Shown here: positions 40,901-48,341 of the stretch, in pieces
Numbering within the stretch: position 1 is the first letter of the stretch
Layout of the letters: the number at the start of each line of letters is the position of its first letter
NCBI GenBank assembly: GCA_944393385.1
Contig: CALYAA010000003.1
Coordinates: 29,363 to 93,362 of the forward strand
Length of the DNA: 64,000 bases
Reading direction: 5' to 3'
Source: an uncultured Clostridia bacterium
Lineage (GTDB): Bacteria > Bacillota > Clostridia > TANB77 > CAG-508
Notes under the pieces: model-generated
Seen by the model: the letters and a program-made list of their open reading frames with translations, nothing else
Told to the model about the DNA's origin: nothing
Databases searched by the model: none
Position numbers and translations under genes: made by a program

Positions 40901-40934
40901 TTATTAATATTCGGTTAAAAATTTTATTTTTCAT
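37920..40934 (-). CDS. VirB6-like polytopic T4SS membrane protein, paralogue 2 (about 1004 aa)
   Basis: Motifs are YPHIHYSPEEIFSGQISLLNIDFISG, ASWYKALRIIATVGFL, MHYLMAFIITVINQFN, RVIYMAFLTVIAPFVAFTYPIDK, WLKEFFFNALLQPMH and NPFYAIAVLAFMTEAERLIRKIFGFDKAHEGTVGG. It has an N-rich linker. The C-terminal domain is KPIWDFDRSGKYNGKRL...AAAVQAGISLTDGKYNPAEG...NRDDVIQFCKDNYGDEWKEYR. Confidence 0.7.
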   Translation of the reverse strand: MKNKIFNRILIITIITVILLNWIFNYMAFAASTTESLEDIEITIDGVGQQYYMDIKRQAVEALRSQLEEKYNYKGTVEELAEICEIDLNNGTAIEEISSSGKQIKIDDNTTIILGFDMNITTGADKSHESALNQIGAYTTITIGNIDVVKNTGIDNNEQNNQNASDSNNVNSTNEVIVNGQVYEGDTDWDIGGVLLKPLFFLVNCVVDTLLAVLQKVMYSDVTDQNKITNYVKTNYIDKLRVVDSRNIDTMFDLSTNQIDCNIGITAKIGSTEYPHIHYSPEEIFSGQISLLNIDFISGVDQAEGLGVVRKTIASWYKALRIIATVGFLCVLIYIGIKIIISSNVKDKSKYKQWIIDWIIGIAILYTMHYLMAFIITVINQFNEKMISVMPILRVAAGNGYESFSTNLIGLVRFCTQYDLIALKIGYEIMYIMLVVYTFKFTFVYIRRVIYMAFLTVIAPFVAFTYPIDKSLDGKAQGFTMWLKEFFFNALLQPMHYLLYYIMVFSSIQIAVDNPFYAIAVLAFMTEAERLIRKIFGFDKAHEGTVGGLGTAFSGLALVHGAKKLSGVGKQINTNSTHSMSFPGPINRDYKDDNSDFISAGENISDSNDSNDNNNISINNVSTVNNGNIITDNPVINNNPAVNTISDEQEVDSPMFAFGPSGRPRLVGKLNEPEKKTNPIINKIQPKLQPIRRLANNVRDSKTGQRAIYLANTKIARGTRSIGKRMVKPIWDFDRSGKYNGKRLIRNVIKGTIGISVGLTAAAVQAGISLTDGKYNPAEGAAAFAAGFALVGRGVDGVTNTFEEGYREGLTKPEKMEVYKEEFKNRDDVIQFCKDNYGDEWKEYRERIVDNYVTRGYIDLKEIKQGIKYANAVAEEVNKNRTYLNPTQKKKSLKQEKKKQDVIAMYIMSQKRKRAKIHASAASYNKRKEERYIHSLTQSLGNHPGLGPQQGMTSPQQAPQGGRNVSQRGLGPQQTVRQNQVARIRRQEMNISAAIRTFDRITNN

Positions 40935-41016
40935 CACATCACCTCATTTTCTCAAAAGTAACTTTTTTAATTACACTCCTTTTTTATAAAGGAGTGTAAT
41001 TCCTAAAAATCACTTT

Positions 41017-43848
41017 TTAGTCTTTTACTATACTATTATAATATCTAATTGCTGCATCTTCTCCTCTAATTCGTTTTGCTTCTTTTTCTGGATCTTCTGC
41101 ACCTTGTGATTTTGCTGCAATATATGTATTTTCTTTATTCTTATCATATACAGTTCCTAAAGAGCCTTCTGCTTGTTTTCTTCTTTGTACATTCTTTATA
41201 GACATTGCAGAAATATCATTCTTTTCATATATTTCTTTTCTTTGACTAGGTGTTAAATTTTCAACATCTCCAGAAATTTTATTAGAATATTTTATCATTT
41301 CTTTCATTTCTTTCAAATCTGTAAATCCTCTTGATACATAATTATCTGCCATTCTATCACGATATTCTTTCCATTCTTCTCCATAATTATCTTTACAGAA
41401 TTGTATTACATCATCTCTATTTCTAAAATCTTCTTGGTAAGCAGCCATTTTTTCTTCTTTAGTTAATCCATCATTATATCCTTCTTCAAATGTATCTGCA
41501 ACACCATCTATTTTTCTAGATGCTAATCCATATCCTGCAGCAAATGCGGCAACTCCTTCTGCTGGATTATATTTTCCATCTGTTAAACTTATACCAGCTT
41601 GTACTGCAGCTGCTGTAATACCAACTCCAGCTCCAACAACTCCTTTGGCTATTTTTCTAACTAATCTTTTCTTATTATATTTTCCTGATCTATCAAAATC
41701 CCAAATTGGTCTTACAGCTCTCTTTCCTAAAGCTCTTGCACCTCTATAGGCTTTTTGTCTAACAGATAATGGTTGCTGTTGTTGTCTATTTGTATTGGTT
41801 GAACTTGAAATTATTTGGTTATTTCCTGCATCAGGACCACCTGTTCCAGGTCCTCCTGCTCCAGGTCCTCCACCAGAGCTTCCTCCGCCAGAGCTTCCTC
41901 CGCCAGAATCTCCTCCACCAGAGCCTCCTCCGCCAGAGCCTCCTCCTCCAGAGCCTCCTCCACCAGAGTCTCCTCCGCCAGAGTCTCCTCCGCCAGAGCC
42001 TCCTGAACCATTAGAATCTCCTATTAAAACATTTCCTGCATTAACATTTTCATTCATAGTTATTCCTGTTTTATAATCTTTATTAGTTGCTCCTGGGAAA
42101 TTCATTCTTCCTTGTGAAGAATTTCCTCCAGCTTTTCCTCCTCTACTCATTAGACCTCTTAAACTTGTAGCGATTGCTGCTGCAGCGAATGCATCTTGCA
42201 TACCTTTAACTGTTCCTCCAGAAGCTTTATCAAATCCAAATATTTTTCTTAATAATCTTTCTCCCTCTGCCATAAATGCTAGTACTGCAATTGCATAAAT
42301 TGGGTTTTCTGCTGCAATTACTACTGATGAACCTACTAATATGTAATATAATATAAAGTGCATTGGTTGTAATAAAGCATTAAAAACATATTCTTTAAGC
42401 CACATACTAAATCCTTGTGCGTTTCCATCTGATAATTTATCTAATGGATATGTAAATGCTACTATTGGGGCAATTAGTGTTAAAAAAGCCATATTGATAA
42501 CCCTTTTTAAATATATGAACGTAAATTTTATCGTATATGTTGTTAGCATTACATAAATAATTAAATAACCTAATTTAAATATACTTACATCTGATTGTAT
42601 ACAAAATCTTACTAAACCAATTAAATTAGTATTAAATGTTCCACTTATATTACCTCCTATACCAGTAACAGTTGATTGAACTTGTATATATTGCATAGAC
42701 CTATTTAATCCATCATTAAATTGTTGTATAACAGTTATTATAAAGCTCATTATATAATGCATACAAAATAAAATTCCTAAACCAATAAACCAATTTATAA
42801 TCCATTCTTTATATTTAGCTTTATCCTCAGCCGTTGAACTTATCATAATTCTAATACCTGTATATATTAAAATTGATAAAAATCCTACAACAGCAATTAA
42901 TCTTAATGTTTTATACCATGATGCAATAACTTTTCTTACACTTGCTAATCCTTCTGTTTGTCCTTCACCAGAAATAAAATCTATTCCTAATATACCAACT
43001 TTTCCAGAAAATATTTCTTCACAACTATAATGAATATGTGGATATTTAAATTCCCAAATTCCATGTTCAATACGTACACTAATACTAGAATTTGCTCCAA
43101 CACTATCAAATTCTGCATCAGAACTATCTGTTGTCATGATATCAAATGCACTACTTACTACAGTTGCAATAGTACCAATAGGTCCATTCATATCTTCACC
43201 TTTATACATTACACTTTGTAGTACTGCATTAATAGCATCAAATATTGCTGCAACAATTGCAAACAAAGCATTAAATAAAACTCCTCCAAATGTATCTAAT
43301 GCATTACCTCCATCCCAAATATCTGCACCTTGTCTTTTATCATTTTCAATTTTATCTTCAACAGTTTGCTCTAATTTATCTCCAACTTGTTCTAATGCAT
43401 CCTCATTCGTTGCTCCATTATTTAAAGCGTCATTATATTCTTCAACAGCATTATTTACTAAATTATATATATTCTGATATTGTCCTTCTGTAATTAAATC
43501 TTTAGGAAAATTTGATTCCCAAAATCCACCCATATAAAGTGCATTATTTATATCTTCACTTCTTTCATTTTCAGGAATCATTGAATAAGCAAGCCATTTT
43601 GTTGTTGCATCATAATACTCATCTCCATATTCACTACGTGAAGGTTGTCTTCCTGGTTCTAATACGTTAAGTTCACTAATTATTGTATCTAATATATCTT
43701 CATTGTCTAATTCTATGAGAGTATTTTTTAAATCATCATAACTACTTGCATATACTCTATAAGGAGAGAATACATTTAGAATAATTATAATTACTAAAGC
43801 AAATGCTATAATTCGTTTTGATAAAGTATTAAATGATTTTTTTAACAT
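41017..43848 (-). CDS. VirB6-like polytopic T4SS membrane protein, paralogue 1 (943 aa) with a Gly-rich repeat linker
   Basis: The signal peptide is ...YRVYA/SS. The core motifs match paralogue 2 (YPHIHYSCEEIFSGKVGILGIDFISG, MHYIMSFIITVIQQFN, NPIYAIAVLAFMAEGERLLRKIFGFDKASGGTV). The linker is GSGGSGGGDSGGGDSGGGGSGGGGSGGGGSGGGDSGGGSSGGGSSGGGPGAGGPGTGGPD. The C-terminal domain is conserved. Confidence 0.7.
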   Translation of the reverse strand: MLKKSFNTLSKRIIAFALVIIIILNVFSPYRVYASSYDDLKNTLIELDNEDILDTIISELNVLEPGRQPSRSEYGDEYYDATTKWLAYSMIPENERSEDINNALYMGGFWESNFPKDLITEGQYQNIYNLVNNAVEEYNDALNNGATNEDALEQVGDKLEQTVEDKIENDKRQGADIWDGGNALDTFGGVLFNALFAIVAAIFDAINAVLQSVMYKGEDMNGPIGTIATVVSSAFDIMTTDSSDAEFDSVGANSSISVRIEHGIWEFKYPHIHYSCEEIFSGKVGILGIDFISGEGQTEGLASVRKVIASWYKTLRLIAVVGFLSILIYTGIRIMISSTAEDKAKYKEWIINWFIGLGILFCMHYIMSFIITVIQQFNDGLNRSMQYIQVQSTVTGIGGNISGTFNTNLIGLVRFCIQSDVSIFKLGYLIIYVMLTTYTIKFTFIYLKRVINMAFLTLIAPIVAFTYPLDKLSDGNAQGFSMWLKEYVFNALLQPMHFILYYILVGSSVVIAAENPIYAIAVLAFMAEGERLLRKIFGFDKASGGTVKGMQDAFAAAAIATSLRGLMSRGGKAGGNSSQGRMNFPGATNKDYKTGITMNENVNAGNVLIGDSNGSGGSGGGDSGGGDSGGGGSGGGGSGGGGSGGGDSGGGSSGGGSSGGGPGAGGPGTGGPDAGNNQIISSSTNTNRQQQQPLSVRQKAYRGARALGKRAVRPIWDFDRSGKYNKKRLVRKIAKGVVGAGVGITAAAVQAGISLTDGKYNPAEGVAAFAAGYGLASRKIDGVADTFEEGYNDGLTKEEKMAAYQEDFRNRDDVIQFCKDNYGEEWKEYRDRMADNYVSRGFTDLKEMKEMIKYSNKISGDVENLTPSQRKEIYEKNDISAMSIKNVQRRKQAEGSLGTVYDKNKENTYIAAKSQGAEDPEKEAKRIRGEDAAIRYYNSIVKD
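41866..42000. repeat. Nine tandem 15-bp units (tcctccgccagagcc and variants) encoding (GSGGG/GDSGG)n
   Basis: I read the units directly in register at 41866, 41881, 41896, 41911, 41926, 41941, 41956, 41971 and 41986. They form a GC-rich island in an AT-rich genome. Confidence 0.9.
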
Positions 43849-43914
43849 ATCATCTCTCCCTTCCTAGTATATTTTATAAAATATTTTTTTGTTTTTTGCA
43901 TCTCAATCTCCATA

Positions 43915-45897
43915 TTATCCTATTCTTCTTCTATTATTATTATCATTATCTTCTTTTTGACTTTTTGCAACCAATTTGTTCATGTTTGTTTCAACAAATT
44001 CAAATTCTTTTCTTGTAGGTGTTATTTGTATTATTGTTGTATCTTGTCCTACTTTTAATAATCCTTCACCTCTTGTACAAGTTACAAGGAAAGATGCTTC
44101 ACCCTCACTCAATTTAAATACTTCCTTTAGTTGTTGAATTTCAGATTTATCTTGTGCTAAAAACAATTTTGTATCAGATGATGTTAAAACTGCTTGTGCC
44201 TCAGGTTTTTCATAAAAGTCTTGGAATCTTTGAGAAATAATCGCAAGTGAAACATTTCTTTTTCTAGCACGTCTAGCCATTTTATTTAAAAAGTCTACGG
44301 CTTCTGGGAATGGAAGCAACATCCACGCCTCATCAACTATAACTCTTTTTTGCCTTGCTTTTTTTCTGTCTTCACTATTTTTCTTAACAAATTTTTCCCA
44401 TATCCATGACATTAATATCTGTTGTGCAAGTGGTCTTGCAAAACGTTCCTCTAATTGAGAAATATCAATATTTATTAAAGGAGCTCCTTCTAATAATTCA
44501 AATGTTGATTGTCCATCAAAATATGCCATCTGTCCATTATATTCCCTTATATATTGTTTCATAACTTTTAATAAGTAACTGTAATGGAATTCATAGTCTT
44601 TATTTTCATTACTTTGTGCAATTTGTCTAATACGTTTATACCAAGATCCTATTGTAGGCATCTCTTTTTTTCTTCTTTCAAATACATTACTTGAATTTGA
44701 ATTCTCGTATAAGCTTTGAGGATTTGATGTTATACCTCTTGAAGCATATTCTTGTGATACTGCTTCTGCAATAATTTGTTTAGTAAGCTCATTTACTTCT
44801 TTTGTTCTTGTACTACCTTTTGCCATTGTCATTAGCGCTTGTGTTACGTCTTCAACTTTACTTTCAACATTTAAAGTATCTCTTTCCCTACCTGTTATTT
44901 CATCTTTTGTTCTTTCTACTTCTATATCAAATAAATTAATAATTGTTTTTGATGTTGGACTTATTACAACATTTAATCCTCCTAATGCTTCTGCTACAAC
45001 TGAATACTCACCTTCTGCATCTAGTGTTAAACTTTCAATTCCCATTAATACAGATGATCTAGATATTAATGTTTTCATTGTTACTGATTTACCAGCACCA
45101 GATTTTGCAAATATAACCATATTATAATTTGTTAAACTTGAATGGAAATTATCAAATAATATTGGTACACCTGTCTGTTTATTTACTCCAATAGGAACTC
45201 CTGTATCATGCCCAATATTTGAAGTTGTAAAAGGAAATATCGTACCCATTGATGGTCTATCAAATGTATGTATTTTTTTTATCTTATCTTCCATTAATGG
45301 TAATGCTGATTTAAATCCATCTTCTTGTATTGCCCATGCTGTTCTCATACCAACAAGTGATTTAGCCATTTCTGATGTTAACATTTTTGATAATCTATCT
45401 AAGTCTTGTTCACTATATGCAAATAATGTTGCAACAATTGATGCTTCATATAATTTATTAAAACCTGCTGCAATTTCATCTCTTAATTGCTCTGTTTCAT
45501 ATCTTTTTTGTGATAGCAAACTCTCTCTATTTATATTTCCCCTATCGTTAGCTACAATTCTTTCAGTTTCAAGTTCTGTAATAATTTTATTTAATTCATT
45601 TTGTGAGTTAGATTCCTGAATAGGTTTTATATATATAGATGTATTTATATCTCCAAACATATAAAGAGACCTGAATAATTCTGGAAATATACAAGTTCTT
45701 GGTAGAGTGGCTACATAGAATGTTCTAGCATACCTTTTTACACTAGATATAATTTCTAAATGATCTATGTTTGAAGCGTCTATTCCAGAAGGAGCAATAA
45801 GCTCCTTAATACTCTTTTTCCTTAAAAATACAGGTTCTTTTTGTTTACTGTTTTGTAGTTGTTCTTCTTCTTCTTGTTTTCTTTTCTTCTTGCTCAT
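43915..45897 (-). CDS. virB4: VirB4-family T4SS ATPase
   Basis: Walker A is VIFAKSGAGKSVTMKTL and Walker B is RVIVDEAWMLL. The N-terminal domain is IAPSGIDASNIDHLEIISSVKRYARTFYVATLPR...GDINTSIYIKP, as in Gram-positive VirB4/PrgJ/TcpF-type ATPases. The SD is strong (GGAGGAG). Confidence 0.85.
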   Translation of the reverse strand: MSKKKRKQEEEEQLQNSKQKEPVFLRKKSIKELIAPSGIDASNIDHLEIISSVKRYARTFYVATLPRTCIFPELFRSLYMFGDINTSIYIKPIQESNSQNELNKIITELETERIVANDRGNINRESLLSQKRYETEQLRDEIAAGFNKLYEASIVATLFAYSEQDLDRLSKMLTSEMAKSLVGMRTAWAIQEDGFKSALPLMEDKIKKIHTFDRPSMGTIFPFTTSNIGHDTGVPIGVNKQTGVPILFDNFHSSLTNYNMVIFAKSGAGKSVTMKTLISRSSVLMGIESLTLDAEGEYSVVAEALGGLNVVISPTSKTIINLFDIEVERTKDEITGRERDTLNVESKVEDVTQALMTMAKGSTRTKEVNELTKQIIAEAVSQEYASRGITSNPQSLYENSNSSNVFERRKKEMPTIGSWYKRIRQIAQSNENKDYEFHYSYLLKVMKQYIREYNGQMAYFDGQSTFELLEGAPLINIDISQLEERFARPLAQQILMSWIWEKFVKKNSEDRKKARQKRVIVDEAWMLLPFPEAVDFLNKMARRARKRNVSLAIISQRFQDFYEKPEAQAVLTSSDTKLFLAQDKSEIQQLKEVFKLSEGEASFLVTCTRGEGLLKVGQDTTIIQITPTRKEFEFVETNMNKLVAKSQKEDNDNNNRRRIG

Positions 45898-47050
45898 TGC
45901 CTTCTCCTCCTTCCTTTGTAGCTTGTTGTTGTTTTCTTCTTACTTTAACTTTTGCATCTTCTGCTATATCTTGTCCAATATAGTCTTGGTTTTCTGAAAT
46001 TAATTGTTCAGCAAAGTCAAAGATTAAGTTCTTAGCATTTTCTTCTCTTATTCTAATCATCATTTCTTTATCACTTCTTGCTTCTGAAATTGCCTCATTT
46101 GCGACTTTTAATCCTTCGTCTTCAATTTGTTTATTTATTAATTTCATCTTTTTATCTAATACATCTGGTGCTGTTGAATATAATGCGTCAAATCCTGCAT
46201 TCAAAGCCATTTTTGTACTAAATATGTCAGAATCTTCTCTATTATATGCATTATATAATAATTCTACTAAGGCTCTAGAATCAAGTATTTTGCTATTAAC
46301 TTCACACCTTTGCAAAGTTCTCATAACAGATCTTGCCCTAGTATATAATTCATTGAAAACCATATTTTGAATTTCATCTTTTGAATAATTTTGTGTGGTA
46401 ACTTCACTTTCATAATAAGAAATGATAATATAATATTTTTTATGTAATACATTACTATTTAAACTACTTTTCTCTGTATCTGCTATTATATCTTTTGTAT
46501 ATTCATATTTATTTCTTTGTCTTACATACTCAAAATATGCTTTATATATTTCTTTTTCTGAATATATTCCTGGTTCAGCTTCTTTCATTTGTAAATATTT
46601 ATTTTGTAAAACATTATATTTATCTTCTATATCTCTGAACTTTAATTTATATTCTCTAATACTATCCTCTAAATTTACCGTTCTTGTTTGTACATATATT
46701 TGGATTTCAAATTTTAAAGTATTTAAAAATTCTATAAAACCTTGTTCTACAGCTGTCATTTCCATTTCTGACATTAAGTCGAAGTTAATTCCTTGACATT
46801 CTAAAACCATTAAATATTTGCCATTTTTTTGTATTATCATATTATCTTCAACTTTTTCAAACTCCATAAATTCCATTATATTTTTAATGTCATATACACC
46901 ATTAATTTTTTTATTTTGTTCAGATTCTTTTGCTTTTTTCTTTTCTCTATAAATTATAAAAATCCAAAATCCTGCCAATACAAAAATTATAACTACTAAA
47001 ATTATAGCAATTACTGTTAATACGGGAATTAACTCTTCTGGATTACTCAT
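45845..47050 (-). CDS. Membrane-anchored coiled-coil protein with a VirB4-N-terminal-like segment (T4SS accessory, unknown function)
   Basis: It has an N-terminal TM segment (LIPVLTVIAIILVVIIFVLAGFWIFIIY). It also has IIQKNGKYLMVLECQGINFDLMSEMEMTAVEQGFIEFLNTLKFEIQIYVQT and a basic C-terminal tail. It overlaps both neighbours. I prefer the start at 47050 (AAGGAGGAG SD). Confidence 0.55.
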   Translation of the reverse strand: MSNPEELIPVLTVIAIILVVIIFVLAGFWIFIIYREKKKAKESEQNKKINGVYDIKNIMEFMEFEKVEDNMIIQKNGKYLMVLECQGINFDLMSEMEMTAVEQGFIEFLNTLKFEIQIYVQTRTVNLEDSIREYKLKFRDIEDKYNVLQNKYLQMKEAEPGIYSEKEIYKAYFEYVRQRNKYEYTKDIIADTEKSSLNSNVLHKKYYIIISYYESEVTTQNYSKDEIQNMVFNELYTRARSVMRTLQRCEVNSKILDSRALVELLYNAYNREDSDIFSTKMALNAGFDALYSTAPDVLDKKMKLINKQIEDEGLKVANEAISEARSDKEMMIRIREENAKNLIFDFAEQLISENQDYIGQDIAEDAKVKVRRKQQQATKEGGEGNEQEEKKTRRRRTTTKQ

Positions 47051-47402
47051 TGTCATCTCCTCCTTTGTGGTATACATATATTCTATTGTGTTGCTTTCTG
47101 AATCTTATATATCTAGCAAAAATTTCGTCTATATTTTCGCCTCCTGTTTTTCTAAAAATATCAAAATTATTAGAATAAGGCATTTTTAAAGTTGATATTA
47201 AAAAACCTATTAAACTAAATACTACAGTAACAGCAACTCCAATAAATGGATGTTTCATAAAATACCCTATTGGAAGATAACCAACAATTAGTCCAATTGC
47301 CGTAAAAACTATTGTCCATAAAAATGATTTTTTTGTAAATATTAATAAAATTCTACCTTCTCCTTTTGTATTCCTTGGTATGGTATATGCATATCTTGCC
47401 AT
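47043..47402 (-). CDS. VirB3/PrgI-like small T4SS membrane protein
   Basis: It is 119 aa with two adjacent TM helices following a short N-terminus (YTIPRNTKGEGRILLIFTKKSFLWTIVFTAIGLIVGYL...). It lies immediately upstream of the VirB4 module, as in pCF10 prgI-prgJ. Confidence 0.6.
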   Translation of the reverse strand: MARYAYTIPRNTKGEGRILLIFTKKSFLWTIVFTAIGLIVGYLPIGYFMKHPFIGVAVTVVFSLIGFLISTLKMPYSNNFDIFRKTGGENIDEIFARYIRFRKQHNRIYVYHKGGDDNE

Positions 47403-47457
47403 ATTTTTTCCCTCTCTTTCGTTATATAGTCATATATATTTAATTATAACATATAAT

Positions 47458-47511
47458 AAAAAAAAAAAAAACATTTTATGATAAAAAATATCATAAAATG
47501 TCCTTTTTTTT
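47458..47511 (-). terminator. Strong hairpin terminator or attenuator between the pilin-like genes and the rest of the T4SS cluster
   Basis: The 13-bp stem is acattttatgata / tatcataaaatgt. On the minus strand it is followed by a T13 run. An extended -10 (TGTTATAAT, 47443-47451) lies just downstream. Confidence 0.65.
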
Positions 47512-47875
47512 ATGAGTTTGTCATAATACCAAGTAATAATTTAGCTATACTTGTTGCAGCAAATACAATTACAGTACCAATAATTAATGGTATAAATTGT
47601 TTTTGTACATCAGCTTTTTCATTTGCAGAACCAATTAACATTTTTAAACCTAAATATGCAATTAATATTACTGCTAATATTGCAGATATTACTTGTAATA
47701 GTCCTAAAACTCTACCAGCAATTTGTTGCATTCCTGTTGCATCTATATTACTATCATCTGGTGTTATTCCAGTAATAACATCAACAGCAGATGCTGCAAA
47801 TACTAAATTAGTTGCAGTAAATACCATTACTAAAGCCATCATAACAATTGCAAATATTTTTAAAGATTTTTTCAT
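47510..47875 (-). CDS. VirB2/TrbC-like pilin candidate C (121 aa)
   Basis: The signal peptide is ...TNLVFA/AS. Two TM helices are separated by the short charged loop GSANEKADVQKQ. The SD is perfect (AAAGGAGGAG). Confidence 0.6.
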   Translation of the reverse strand: MKKSLKIFAIVMMALVMVFTATNLVFAASAVDVITGITPDDSNIDATGMQQIAGRVLGLLQVISAILAVILIAYLGLKMLIGSANEKADVQKQFIPLIIGTVIVFAATSIAKLLLGIMTNS

Positions 47876-47929
47876 AAAAACTCCTCCTTTTTATTTTTAA
47901 CTTATATATATAAATTTCATTAACAAATT

Positions 47930-48325
47930 TTATAAATTTTGGAATACATTTACTGCAATTTCCCAAATCGTAAATGCTCCAAATGATATTAGTATTCCTA
48001 TGACCCAAGGTACCATAGATTCTTTAATTTTTGCTTTATCTTCTATACTTTGCGTTACAAATTTAATTCCTAGTATTACTCCTGATATAATTGTAACTCC
48101 TATTGCTATAGACAATAATACTCCTGATATAAATCCTGATAACTCCTGCAAGTCTCCTTCATCTATTGTGTTTGTGTCTTCATCAGCTGCATTTAAAAAA
48201 TCTTCACCCTTAGACAATACATCATCTAAAGTACTTGCTGCATTTACTTTTGAATATGTTGAAAAACTAAATACCAAAAATATAGTTATTATTATAAAAA
48301 TTATTTTTAATAATTGTTTTAACAT
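47930..48325 (-). CDS. VirB2/TrbC-like pilin candidate B (about 131 aa)
   Basis: The signal peptide is ...YSKVNA/AS. Two TM helices are separated by the loop QSIEDKAKIKES. ATG 48325 has the SD AGGGGTGA. Confidence 0.6.
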   Translation of the reverse strand: MLKQLLKIIFIIITIFLVFSFSTYSKVNAASTLDDVLSKGEDFLNAADEDTNTIDEGDLQELSGFISGVLLSIAIGVTIISGVILGIKFVTQSIEDKAKIKESMVPWVIGILISFGAFTIWEIAVNVFQNL

Positions 48326-48341
48326 ATTTCTCACCCCTTTG

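Noticed and set aside
41769-42076. Four overlapping ORFs (Pro-rich PPPEPPPPE, Leu/Gln-rich, Ser/Arg-rich and Glu/Ala-rich) across the Gly-repeat region.
   Set aside because: They are alternative-frame and antisense readings of the 15-bp x9 repeat inside the 943-aa VirB6-like gene. Only the long minus-strand frame is continuous with conserved flanking domains.
47478-47900. A 140-aa plus-strand ORF and the 66-aa minus-strand ORF at 47808-48008.
   Set aside because: The plus-strand ORF is antisense to pilin-like gene C, and the 66-aa minus-strand ORF overlaps pilin-like genes C and B. The pilin frames have perfect SDs, signal peptides and paralogue support.
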